A stretch of 64,000 bases of DNA from Methylotenera sp. (GCA_014378845.1 JACMNB010000022.1:16300-80299); one strand, 5' to 3'. Numbered from the stretch's first letter, positions 20,536-29,645 are shown. Program-made: numbers and translations. Notes: a model not told the origin generated them from the letters alone.

Positions 20536-21036
20536 TTATTGCGGCGGAATGCGCAACATTTGGCCAGGATAAATTTTATCAGGATGGCTTAACATTGGTT
20601 TGTTTGCCTCAAAAATACCCATATAAGCATTGGCATTGCCATAGTAATGTTTAGCTATTTTAGAAAGTGTATCACCACTTACAACCGTATAAAATTGCGG
20701 CTCTGCCTCAGCTTCAGTCACGCCTAGTTGATCTTGCACATTCTCAACGCCATGCACATTGCCGCAACATAGCAAAATCTTCTCTTTGGTTTCTTGCGTA
20801 TCGGCCATGCCCTGCACAATTACCGTGCCAGATGCCGCATCAAAACCAATATCCAAGCCCTCTGCGGTTAAACCCATTTTGGCCACATAGTCGGCAATTG
20901 CTCTAGCCGCGGCTTGATTGGCCGCGTCCACGTTTACGGGTGTTGGGTCTGCTTTTGCAACTACCTCAGCCGCTTTAGCTTCGCCAATACCAAATAACTT
21001 TTCACCCGCCTCTTTAATAAATGAAAACATACCCAT
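20536..21036 (-). CDS. kbp: BON + LysM domain protein (Kbp/YgaU-like)
   Basis: 166 aa, collinear with E. coli YgaU: MGMFSFIKEAGEKLFG ... FYTVVSGDTLSKIAKHYYGNANAYMGIFEANKPMLSHPDKIYPGQMLRIP. Confidence 0.9.
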   Translation of the reverse strand: MGMFSFIKEAGEKLFGIGEAKAAEVVAKADPTPVNVDAANQAAARAIADYVAKMGLTAEGLDIGFDAASGTVIVQGMADTQETKEKILLCCGNVHGVENVQDQLGVTEAEAEPQFYTVVSGDTLSKIAKHYYGNANAYMGIFEANKPMLSHPDKIYPGQMLRIPPQ

Positions 21037-21234
21037 GCTACTCTCCTTTTAACTTGTTAAACATGTACTAGCTTTTAAGCTAGATGCGCACATTATAATA
21101 GTGCAATTCTTAGCGTATTGCCACTTAAGTTGCAATTAAATTGCAGGCATTGTGTAAACTTTAGTTAAATTTGCTATAATGCGCGGCTTGTAATTAATTG
21201 CTTAAGATAAATTACAATCAGTATTTACACCCTT

Positions 21235-21310
21235 GGCCGGGTAGCTCAGTCGGTAGAGCAGCGGATTGAAAATCCGCGTGTCACAGGTTCGATTCCCGTC
21301 CCGGCCACCA
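21235..21310 (+). tRNA. tRNA-Phe (GAA)
   Basis: 76 nt. Acceptor GGCCGGG/CCCGGCC, D-arm TAGCTCAGTCGGTAGAGC, anticodon loop TTGAAAA, T-arm GGTTCGATTCC, encoded CCA. Confidence 0.97.
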
Positions 21311-21452
21311 ATTTCTCCAGCGTTCAAAAATCAAATTGCTTGGTGCATCCGCACTTTATTTGTGCATGCTATGCATTAATGCATTAATAAAATTCAATTT
21401 TAAAATACATTTTTACCAATAAATTCAATTGCTTAGTTTAAATAAAATGGGT

Positions 21453-21468
21453 TGGCACAGCCTTTGCT
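21453..21468 (+). promoter_or_regulatory. candidate sigma-54 (-24/-12) promoter for nasT
   Basis: TGGCACagcctTTGCT matches TGGCAC-N5-TTGCW exactly, with GG-N10-GC spacing. It lies inside the implausible TTG-extended N-terminus of the track ORF. Confidence 0.65.
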
Positions 21469-21491
21469 ATGTATTAATCATGTTAAAGGTG

Positions 21492-22058
21492 ATGATTGTT
21501 GATAATGAAATAAAACGGTGCAAGCCATTAAAACAAGCGTTGATTGATAATGGCTTTGATGTAGTAGCGCATGTTGAAAACGATGTACATCTGCATGATA
21601 AGTACTTAGCAATTAAACCGGATGTTGTGATTATTGATACTGAATCGCCTAATCGCGATACCTTAGAAAATATTTGTGTGATGAGCATGCATAATCTACA
21701 CCCGATTGTAATGTTTACGCATGATGGCGATAAAGCGCAAATTAAATTGGCTACACAAGCGGGTGTCAGCGCTTATGTAGTGGGTAGTATTCCAAGTGAA
21801 AGGTTAACGCCAGTGATTGATGCTGCTGTAGCAAGATTTGAAGAATTTAAAAGCTTGCGCGCCGAGCTTAGTCAAGCAAAAACTAAGTTAGACGAACGCA
21901 AAGTGGTTGAGCGTGCGAAAGGTTTGCTGATGAAACAACGCAATTTAGACGAAGATACTGCCTATGAAATGCTGCGCAGTATGGCCATGAAAAAGAACAT
22001 GAAATTGGCCGATTTATCGCATCAATTGATTGAAGCGGCCAGCATGTTGATTGTGTAA
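21492..22058 (+). CDS. nasT: ANTAR-domain response regulator (NasT/AmiR family)
   Basis: Receiver domain (MIVDNE...VVIIDTESP) plus a C-terminal ANTAR domain (ERKVVERAKGLLMKQRNLDEDTAYEMLRSMAMKKNMKLADL). The start is uncertain: 21480, 21489 (GTG) or 21492. The track start 21429 (TTG) is rejected. Confidence 0.85.
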   Translation: MIVDNEIKRCKPLKQALIDNGFDVVAHVENDVHLHDKYLAIKPDVVIIDTESPNRDTLENICVMSMHNLHPIVMFTHDGDKAQIKLATQAGVSAYVVGSIPSERLTPVIDAAVARFEEFKSLRAELSQAKTKLDERKVVERAKGLLMKQRNLDEDTAYEMLRSMAMKKNMKLADLSHQLIEAASMLIV

Positions 22059-22111
22059 AGCATTAGATTAAACGGTGCTTGCGCAAAGCAGTGCAAACAT
22101 GTGATTTAAAT

Positions 22112-22211
22112 ATGCCAACGGCGGCATAAAAAGTAGTAATTAAAGACTATTTAATTAAAGACAAAGGCGTCTTAACAGCAGAATTAATTTTGCTATTAAG
22201 ACGCTTTTTTT
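22112..22211 (+). promoter_or_regulatory. ANTAR-type dual-hairpin leader plus intrinsic terminator upstream of nrtA
   Basis: P1 is atgcc-AACGGC-ggcat (22112-22127). P2 is aagac-AAAGGC-gtctt (22158-22173). Both hexaloops have A1 and G4. P2 overlaps the 5' arm of the terminator gcgtcttaa...ttaagacgc (22167-22204), which is followed by T7 (22205-22211). Confidence 0.65.
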
Positions 22212-22240
22212 ATGGAACAATTTATAGAGTGGAGCAATGA

Positions 22241-23536
22241 ATGAAAACAGAAATCAAAGCTGAATCAACTGAAATCAATAGCAAACCAGCGGTCGATTCC
22301 AATCGCCGCAATTTTTTTAAAACAGCAGTTGCTGGCGCATTTGGCGCAGCCGCCGCGCTCAATATCATGCCAGCGGGCTTGCAAAATATGGCTTACGCGG
22401 CAGGTAGTGATGCGCCTGAGTTGACCGAAGTAAAAATTGGTTTTATTCCGCTAACCGATTGCGCACCAATTGTGGTTGCGGCTGAAATGGGGTTTGATAA
22501 AAAATATGGCATCAAAATTGTTCCAAGTAAAGAAGCCAGTTGGGCGGCGATTCGCGATAAAACAGTGAATGGCGAGCTACATGCCGCGCACGTATTATAT
22601 GGCCTAGTGTATGGCGTACAAATGGGTATTGGCGGTCAGCAAAAAGACATGAACGTGTTAATGACGCTTAACCACAATGGTCAAGGTATTACGCTTTCTA
22701 ATCAGCTAAAAGATAAAGGCGTTAAAGATGGCAAAACTTTAAAACGCTTGCTTGAAAACGAAAACCGCGACTACACCTTTGCACAAACCTTCCCTACTGG
22801 CACACACGCCATGTGGCTTAATTATTGGCTTGCAGCCAATGGCATCGATCCGATTAAAGACGTGAAAACCATCGTTGTGCCGCCGCCGCAAATGGTGGCC
22901 AATATGCGCATCGGCAATATGGATGGCTACTGCGTGGGCGAGCCGTGGAACGCGCGGGCGATTTACGACAAAGTGGGCTATACCGTGGCTACCAGCCAAG
23001 ATATTTGGGCGGATCATCCGGAAAAAGTATTGGGCACAACGGCAGAGTTTGTCGCTAAAAACCCGAACACTGCGCGAGCTTTGATTATGGCAATTTTAGA
23101 AGCCAGCAAATACATTGAAGCAACTGAAAATCGCGCCAAAGTGGCTGAGTTAATTTCGCAAAAATCCTACGTAAACGCGCCAAAAGACGTGATTTTAGGC
23201 CGCTTTTTGGGTGAATACGACAATGGCAACGGTAGAAAATGGAAAGACGCCAACTTCATGAAGTTTTTTGAAGATGGCAAAGTTCCTTTCCCATACTTAT
23301 CCGATGGCATGTGGTTTTTAACACAGCATAAACGCTGGGGCATGCTGAAATCAGATCCTGATTACTTAGCTATCGCCAAAAAAGTGAATCGTATTGATAT
23401 TTATACACAGGCTGCAACTGCGCTTGGTGTTTCAGTGCCAGCCAGCCCAATGCGCAGTAGCAAGTTAATGGATGGCACGGTTTGGGATGGCAAAGATCCT
23501 AAAGCTTACTCAGCCAGCTTTAAAATTAAAGCTTAA
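22241..23536 (+). CDS. nrtA: nitrate ABC transporter substrate-binding protein (Tat signal)
   Basis: 431 aa with the twin-arginine signal SNRRNFFKTAVAGAFGAAAA and NrtA/NasF-like core (IGFIPLTDCAPIVVA, GYCVGEPWNARA). Confidence 0.9.
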   Translation: MKTEIKAESTEINSKPAVDSNRRNFFKTAVAGAFGAAAALNIMPAGLQNMAYAAGSDAPELTEVKIGFIPLTDCAPIVVAAEMGFDKKYGIKIVPSKEASWAAIRDKTVNGELHAAHVLYGLVYGVQMGIGGQQKDMNVLMTLNHNGQGITLSNQLKDKGVKDGKTLKRLLENENRDYTFAQTFPTGTHAMWLNYWLAANGIDPIKDVKTIVVPPPQMVANMRIGNMDGYCVGEPWNARAIYDKVGYTVATSQDIWADHPEKVLGTTAEFVAKNPNTARALIMAILEASKYIEATENRAKVAELISQKSYVNAPKDVILGRFLGEYDNGNGRKWKDANFMKFFEDGKVPFPYLSDGMWFLTQHKRWGMLKSDPDYLAIAKKVNRIDIYTQAATALGVSVPASPMRSSKLMDGTVWDGKDPKAYSASFKIKA

Positions 23537-23552
23537 AACCCAGGAGCCCAAC

Positions 23553-24497
23553 ATGAGCGCGATACTGAATGTGGTAAACCTTAAAAATGAAAGTGTAGCA
23601 GAGGGTAAAAGCAATATGGTGCCCAGCGAAAATACAGCTAAGGTGATTGAAATTGCGACTAAAGTGAAAAAAGACGCCAGCACTCGCTTGCAAGTTGAAG
23701 GGATTAAAGAGCCAAGCAAATTTACAGCTAACGCCATTGCGTTTTTTCAGTGGCTATTGCCGCCCATGTTTGGTTTGCTGATGTTGCTGGCGGTGTGGGC
23801 ATTAATCGCGGCGCAAGCGCAAGGCTTACCAGGGCCCATTAAAACGTTTCAGTCAGCAGTTGAGTTATTTAGCCACCCATTTTATGTGAATGGTCCAAAC
23901 GATCAAGGGATCGGCTGGAACATAGTGGCCTCGCTTAAACGCGTTGGTTTGGGCTTTAGTTTGGCCGCGCTGGTGGGCATTCCGCTGGGATTTATGATTG
24001 GTCGATTTGAATTTTTAAACCGCATGACAGCGCCCGTGATTAGCTTGTTACGCCCAGTTTCACCATTGGCTTGGTTACCCATTGGTTTGCTGGTGTTTAA
24101 AGCCGCCAATCCTGCGGCCATTTGGGTGATTTTCATCTCGGCGATTTGGCCAATGATTATTAACACCGCAGTAGGCGTTAGCAAAGTGCCACAAGATTAT
24201 ATGAACGTGGCCAAAGTGCTTAACTTAAGCGAGTGGAAAATCCTGACGAAAATCCTCTTTCCTAGCGTTTTGCCGTACATGATGACTGGCGTAAGGCTAT
24301 CGATTGGCGTGGCTTGGTTGGTGATTGTCGCAGCCGAGATGCTGACAGGTGGCGTGGGTATTGGTTTTTGGGTGTGGGATGAGTGGAACAACTTAAATGT
24401 TGAACACATTATCATCGCGATTTTTGTAGTGGGTATTGTGGGCTTATTGCTTGAGCAAGGTTTAATTGCAATTGCCAAACGCTTTTCATACGAATAG
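23553..24497 (+). CDS. nrtB: nitrate ABC transporter permease
   Basis: Start moved to the ATG at 23553 (MSAILNV), preceded by aggag. Multi-TM BPD-type permease with EAA-like loop NVAKVLNLSEWKILTKILFPSVLPY. Confidence 0.88.
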   Translation: MSAILNVVNLKNESVAEGKSNMVPSENTAKVIEIATKVKKDASTRLQVEGIKEPSKFTANAIAFFQWLLPPMFGLLMLLAVWALIAAQAQGLPGPIKTFQSAVELFSHPFYVNGPNDQGIGWNIVASLKRVGLGFSLAALVGIPLGFMIGRFEFLNRMTAPVISLLRPVSPLAWLPIGLLVFKAANPAAIWVIFISAIWPMIINTAVGVSKVPQDYMNVAKVLNLSEWKILTKILFPSVLPYMMTGVRLSIGVAWLVIVAAEMLTGGVGIGFWVWDEWNNLNVEHIIIAIFVVGIVGLLLEQGLIAIAKRFSYE

Positions 24498-24507
24498 GAG
24501 CTTTAAA

Positions 24508-25350
24508 ATGGATATGAGTAAAATGGAAGCGCCTGCTAATCAAGTTTCTGAAGGAAAAATGATTGATCGCTATGTGTACCTAGAAAATGTAAATATGCGC
24601 TTTGTCACCAAAAAAGGCGTATTTGAGGCACTTAAAGACGTTAATCTAAACATTCAACAAGGTGAGTTCGTGTCGATTATTGGCCACTCTGGCTGCGGTA
24701 AATCGACCGTGTTAAATCTAATAGCTGGCTTACTAGAGCCAACTAGCGGCCACTTATTTTGTGCAGGTCGCGAGATTGCCAAGCCAGGCCCTGAGCGCGC
24801 TGTAGTGTTTCAAAACCACTCGTTGTTGCCATGGCTTACTTGCTTTGAAAATGTGTATTTAGCGGTTGAGCGTGTATTTGGCAGTGAGACAAAAGTTAAT
24901 TTAGAACTACGTACCTATGCCGCGTTAGAACTGGTTGGTTTAACCCATGCAAGCGATAAACGTCCGAACGAAATATCAGGCGGTATGAAGCAGCGTGTAG
25001 GCATTGCGCGTGCGCTGGCAATGGAGCCTAAGGTTTTATTGTTGGACGAGCCATTTGGTGCGCTAGATGCATTAACCCGCGCCACACTACAAGATGAGCT
25101 GATGAAAATTATGGCTAAATCGGGGGCAACCGCAGTCATGGTGACACATGATGTGGACGAGGCAGTATTGTTATCAGACCGCATTGTGATGATGACCAAT
25201 GGGCCAAGTGCAACGATTGGCGACATTCTAGAGGTGAACTTGGCTAAGCCTCGTAACCGTTTGGAGCTAGCAGAAAACAAGCAATACAACCACTTACGTG
25301 CAGAAGTGCTTAAATTTTTATATGAGCGTCATGCCAAAAAAGCCGCTTAA
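24508..25350 (+). CDS. nrtD: nitrate ABC transporter ATP-binding protein
   Basis: Start moved to the ATG at 24508, preceded by aggag. Walker A GHSGCGKST, signature SGGMKQRVGIARAL, Walker B LLLDEPFGALD. Confidence 0.9.
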   Translation: MDMSKMEAPANQVSEGKMIDRYVYLENVNMRFVTKKGVFEALKDVNLNIQQGEFVSIIGHSGCGKSTVLNLIAGLLEPTSGHLFCAGREIAKPGPERAVVFQNHSLLPWLTCFENVYLAVERVFGSETKVNLELRTYAALELVGLTHASDKRPNEISGGMKQRVGIARALAMEPKVLLLDEPFGALDALTRATLQDELMKIMAKSGATAVMVTHDVDEAVLLSDRIVMMTNGPSATIGDILEVNLAKPRNRLELAENKQYNHLRAEVLKFLYERHAKKAA

Positions 25351-25402
25351 ATTTAACAAAATTATTCAAACGATAGAACACGACAAATAGGAAATTTAAA
25401 AA

Positions 25403-26839
25403 ATGATTAAACGTAATTTAGCCTCACTTAACATCTGCTTGGCTTTGGCTACCTTTGCAGGGCATGCCTTTGCTGAAGCTGCCATTGCGCCAGCTGCAGA
25501 AGAAAAAGAATATACCTTTATGGATTCAATAAAAGAAGGTAAAAACTTAACCAGCTTTAGGTTGCGCTATGAAAATGTTAGCCAAGATGGCAATGCGCCA
25601 CTCATAACACCCTCACAGCCATTTAAGGATGCAAATGCGTTCACCTTGCGAAGCTTAATTGGCTGGCAAACCGCGCCGTATCATAACTTTAGCTTTGGCG
25701 CGCAATTAATTGATGTAAGCAAATTGGGCGACAAGTTTAACGATAGCACACCGCTTACAGGTCCATTTAACCCTGCCGCAAATCAACCTAACAAGCTGGC
25801 TTATGCCAAAGTGGTTGATCCTGATTACACGGGTGTAAACCAGCTATATGTTGACTGGACAGACATTAAAAACACCAAGTTTCGCCTCGGTCGCCAACAA
25901 ATTAACCTTGATAATGTGCGTTTTATCGGTGACATCGGCTTCCGTCAAGTCATGCAAGTATTTGACGGCGTAAGCGTGTTGAATAAATCGATTCCCGATA
26001 CTGAAGTGTACTTAGCGCACTTTGAGGGGTTGCGCCAAATCAACACCAAAATGCGCTCATCTGGTGCATTAGAGGTGGCTAATATTCGTTATCGCATTTC
26101 TGGCACCGAGTTTTTAGTGGGTTATGGCTACCTTTCTAGCTTTAAAGACTTAGGCTTTGGCAACGCTTGGTTTGGCGCAGCTTCGCTCAATAATCCAGGT
26201 AAATTAAACATTAATGCCGATCAAGGTAATAAAACCTTTGGCTTACGCTTAGATGGCATTCACGCATTTAACCCTAACTTTCGCGCGCTATACACAGCAG
26301 AATACGCCAAACAAACCGATTATTCTGGCGGGGATTCACGTATTGATGCCGATTACTACAAACTGGGCGGCGGTTTAGGCTTTGATAATTTGAACATTCG
26401 TATTGACCAAGAATTGCTAGGTAGTAACGATGGTAAATATGCATTTCAAACCCCATTTGGTACAAATCACTTATTTCAAGGCTGGGTCGATAAATTTTTA
26501 GCCACGCCAAAAGAAGGCATTCGCGACACATTCGTTACCGCCACTTATCGTTACGATGATTTTACGTTTTTTGCCGACTATCACGTGTTTAAAGCAGATG
26601 ATAACTTTTACACTGTGGGCAGTGGCACAGCAAAAAACGGTAATCAGTATGGTAAAGAATGGAACGTTGCTGCCACCTACAACTACAGCAAATATATAAT
26701 GGCCAAAATTGAATATGGTAAATATTCAGAAGATGACCACTACGCAGCATTGCCAAACACATTAAATACCACTGCTGGCAACGGCGGCCGTATTCGTAAC
26801 ACTGACAAACTTTGGCTAACTGCCATGTACACATTCTAA
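25403..26839 (+). CDS. outer-membrane beta-barrel porin (alginate-export-like) embedded in the nitrate-assimilation cluster
   Basis: 478 aa with signal peptide ...FAGHAFA-EA, alternating amphipathic beta-strand pattern and C-terminal ...WLTAMYTF. The family name is tentative. Confidence 0.7.
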   Translation: MIKRNLASLNICLALATFAGHAFAEAAIAPAAEEKEYTFMDSIKEGKNLTSFRLRYENVSQDGNAPLITPSQPFKDANAFTLRSLIGWQTAPYHNFSFGAQLIDVSKLGDKFNDSTPLTGPFNPAANQPNKLAYAKVVDPDYTGVNQLYVDWTDIKNTKFRLGRQQINLDNVRFIGDIGFRQVMQVFDGVSVLNKSIPDTEVYLAHFEGLRQINTKMRSSGALEVANIRYRISGTEFLVGYGYLSSFKDLGFGNAWFGAASLNNPGKLNINADQGNKTFGLRLDGIHAFNPNFRALYTAEYAKQTDYSGGDSRIDADYYKLGGGLGFDNLNIRIDQELLGSNDGKYAFQTPFGTNHLFQGWVDKFLATPKEGIRDTFVTATYRYDDFTFFADYHVFKADDNFYTVGSGTAKNGNQYGKEWNVAATYNYSKYIMAKIEYGKYSEDDHYAALPNTLNTTAGNGGRIRNTDKLWLTAMYTF

Positions 26840-26973
26840 TGTGTATTTAAAATTGAATGCCGCACCGTTTTGGCACATGCCTGCGGTGCGCACGCACTTA
26901 TTCAGCGCGTATATTTCTAAACCATCCCCACTAAAAATATCATAAGCAATTGGTTTAAAACAATAATTTTTAT

Positions 26974-26989
26974 TGGCATGCTAACTGCT
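26974..26989 (+). promoter_or_regulatory. candidate sigma-54 (-24/-12) promoter for nirB
   Basis: TGGCATgctaaCTGCT with correct GG-N10-GC spacing, about 40 nt upstream of the nirB ATG. Confidence 0.5.
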
Positions 26990-27030
26990 ATAACAAGCTT
27001 AATTGTGACAATTAAGTTTGAATGTAAATT

Positions 27031-29472
27031 ATGCAAAAGATGAAGTTAGTAGTAGTGGGCAATGGCATGGCGGGCATGCGCGTAGTAGAAGAATTACTAA
27101 AAATCGCGCCTGATCTTTATGACATTACCGTATTTGGTGACGAGCCTTACCCAAATTACAACCGCATTATGCTATCGCCCGTGCTGGCGAATGAGCAAAC
27201 CATTAACGATATTATTTTAAACACCCGTGAATGGTACGCCGAGAATAACATCACGCTTTATACCAGTGCCCGCATCAATAAAATTGATCGTAAAAACCGT
27301 GTAGTGACAGCCGAAGATGGCACAACGGCGGAATATGATCGCTTGTTATTGGCCACTGGCTCTAAACCATTTATGTTGCCAATTGCTGGTGCAAATTTAG
27401 AAGGTGTGATTGGTTACCGCGATATTAAAGATACCGATGAAATGATTGCCACTGCCAAAACGCACAAGCATGCGGTAGTGATTGGCGGTGGTTTGCTGGG
27501 ATTAGAAGCGGCGAATGGTTTAAAGATTCAAGGCATGGATGTGACGGTGATTCACCGTAATGAATGGCTACTAGAACGCCAGCTCGATAAAACGGCTGGC
27601 AAAATGCTGCAAAAAAATTTAGAGGCCAAAGGTCTTGAATTTCAGTTAAATCAAAATACTAAAGAACTATCAGGTGAGAATAATCGCGTATCTACTATTC
27701 ACTTTGAGGATGGCACCAGTTTACCTGCTGATTTAATCGTGATGGCTGTGGGTATTCGCCCGAATTTCGCACTGGCAGAGTCGGCTGGCATCTACTGCAA
27801 CAAAGGCATCGTGGTGAACGACACCATGCAAACTTATGACCCGCGTGTGTATGCAGTAGGCGAGTGCGTTGCGCATCGCGGTATTTCTTACGGTTTAGTC
27901 GCGCCCTTATTTGAAATGGCCAAAGTCTGCGCCAACCACTTGGCGAATTACGGTATTGGCTCGTATAAAGGCTCTGTGACTTCAACTAAATTAAAAGTAA
28001 CAGGCATTGATTTATTCAGCGCAGGTGACTTTAGAAGCAGCGCTGAAGCTGGCGATGAAGAGCGCGAAGAGATTGTTTTGCACGATGCCGTGGGCGGGGT
28101 TTACAAAAAGCTCGTCATTAAAGATGACAAAATCATCGGTAGCGTGCTGTATGGCGATACTGCAGACGGTGCTTGGTACTTCCAAATGCTGCGCGATAAC
28201 AAACCGATTCATGAGATTCGCGATTCGCTAATGTTTGGTCAAGATAGCTTAGGTAATACAGGCCATCAAGGCCAAGATAAAGCGGCAGCCATGACCAACG
28301 AAATGGAAGTGTGTGGCTGTAACGGCGTTTGCAAAGGGGTCATCGTCAAAGCGATTCAAGATCAAGGCTTGTTTACCATTGATGACGTGAAAAAACAAAC
28401 CAAAGCAGGCTCAAGTTGCGGCAGTTGCGTAGGGCTGGTCGAGCAAATTTTAGCTTCAACGTTAGGCGGTGGTTACGCGCCGCCAAGCACCAGTAAAGCC
28501 ATCTGTGGTTGCTCTGATAGAAATCATGAAGAAGTACGCGCAGAAATCCGTACACATAAATATCTCAACATCCCCGATGCGATGCGCGGCATGGGTTGGC
28601 GCACACCTAATGGCTGCGCGACTTGCAGGCCTGCGCTTAATTATTACTTGCTATCTACTTGGCCGCACGAGGCGGTGGACGACCCACAATCACGCTTTAT
28701 TAACGAGCGGGTTCACGCCAACATTCAAAAAGATGGTACCTACTCGGTTATTCCACGTATGTATGGCGGCGTAACTACGCCAGACCAACTGCGTAAAATT
28801 GCTGACGTGGCCGATAAATACGCTGTGCCAATGGTAAAAGTAACAGGCGGTCAACGTATCGATTTGCTAGGCGTAAAAAAAGAAGATTTAGTAGATATGT
28901 GGAAAGACCTCGACATGCCTTCTGGCTATGCTTATGCCAAGGGCATTCGCACAGTGAAAACCTGCGTAGGCAGTGAGTTTTGCAGATTTGGCACGCAAGA
29001 TTCAACTGGCTTAGGCATTAAGATTGAAAAAGCCTTCGACCATATGTGGGCGCCACATAAAGTTAAATTTGCCGTATCAGGTTGCCCTAGAAACTGTGCT
29101 GAATCTGGCATTAAAGATGTCGGTATTATTGGCGTCGATTCAGGCTGGGAGCTTTATGTCGGTGGAAATGGCGGAATAAAAACTGAAGTTGCACAATTTT
29201 TATGCAAAGTAAAAACAGCTGAAGAAGTGCTGGAGTATTCAGGTGCGTTTATCCAAATTTATCGTGAAGAAGCGCGCTATTTGGACAGAACGGTTCATTG
29301 GATTCACCGCATGGGTTTGGAATATGTCAAACAACGCGTGGTTGAAGATGCAGAAGGCCGCAAAGCTGCCTATGAGCGATTACTGTATGCGCTGCAAGGC
29401 GCGGTTGAGCCTTGGAGCGATCGTGTGCAGAAACGCGCTGAGCATAAAGAATTTGAAACGATTGAGGTTTAA
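27031..29472 (+). CDS. nirB: NAD(P)H-nitrite reductase large subunit
   Basis: 813 aa with FAD/NAD Rossmann motifs (VVVGNGMAG, VVIGGGLLGLEAA), a BFD-like 2Fe-2S region (CGCNGVCKG...CGSCV) and the sirohaem/4Fe-4S domain (CVGSEFCRFG, SGCPRNCAES). Confidence 0.95.
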   Translation: MQKMKLVVVGNGMAGMRVVEELLKIAPDLYDITVFGDEPYPNYNRIMLSPVLANEQTINDIILNTREWYAENNITLYTSARINKIDRKNRVVTAEDGTTAEYDRLLLATGSKPFMLPIAGANLEGVIGYRDIKDTDEMIATAKTHKHAVVIGGGLLGLEAANGLKIQGMDVTVIHRNEWLLERQLDKTAGKMLQKNLEAKGLEFQLNQNTKELSGENNRVSTIHFEDGTSLPADLIVMAVGIRPNFALAESAGIYCNKGIVVNDTMQTYDPRVYAVGECVAHRGISYGLVAPLFEMAKVCANHLANYGIGSYKGSVTSTKLKVTGIDLFSAGDFRSSAEAGDEEREEIVLHDAVGGVYKKLVIKDDKIIGSVLYGDTADGAWYFQMLRDNKPIHEIRDSLMFGQDSLGNTGHQGQDKAAAMTNEMEVCGCNGVCKGVIVKAIQDQGLFTIDDVKKQTKAGSSCGSCVGLVEQILASTLGGGYAPPSTSKAICGCSDRNHEEVRAEIRTHKYLNIPDAMRGMGWRTPNGCATCRPALNYYLLSTWPHEAVDDPQSRFINERVHANIQKDGTYSVIPRMYGGVTTPDQLRKIADVADKYAVPMVKVTGGQRIDLLGVKKEDLVDMWKDLDMPSGYAYAKGIRTVKTCVGSEFCRFGTQDSTGLGIKIEKAFDHMWAPHKVKFAVSGCPRNCAESGIKDVGIIGVDSGWELYVGGNGGIKTEVAQFLCKVKTAEEVLEYSGAFIQIYREEARYLDRTVHWIHRMGLEYVKQRVVEDAEGRKAAYERLLYALQGAVEPWSDRVQKRAEHKEFETIEV

Positions 29473-29498
29473 AAACACTTTCAACAGGCTTTTTAGTT

Positions 29499-29597
29499 CC
29501 CTCCCCTTTTAAGGGGGAGGGCTAGGGTGGGGGTAATTTTCAACCATATTCAAGCATTTCACCCCATCCCAACCTTCCCCCTAAAAGGGCAAGGAGC
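29499..29597. repeat. MITE/REP-like element with about 35-bp inverted terminal copies
   Basis: Left copy: cctcccctttt-aagggggagggctagggtgggggt (29499-29534). Right copy: accccatcccaaccttccccctaaaagggcaaggag (29561-29596), an imperfect reverse complement. A third related copy lies at 52825-52856. Confidence 0.85.
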
Positions 29598-29645
29598 TAT
29601 TGATTTAATTATTTTAAAATTTTAAAAAAGTGATGGGAAATAAGC

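Noticed and set aside
21235-21310. tRNA-Phe considered as a genomic-island integration site
   Set aside because: On reading (not an exhaustive search), I saw no duplicated copy of the tRNA 3' end downstream and no integrase. The adjacent genes are a coherent nitrate-assimilation regulon.
26858-26898. Hairpin cgcaccg...cggtgcg considered as the terminator of the porin gene
   Set aside because: The 7-bp stem has a 16-nt loop and no T-run. The sequence also resembles NtrC-type half-sites upstream of a sigma-54 promoter. It is left as an ambiguous regulatory candidate inside a finding rather than a terminator feature.
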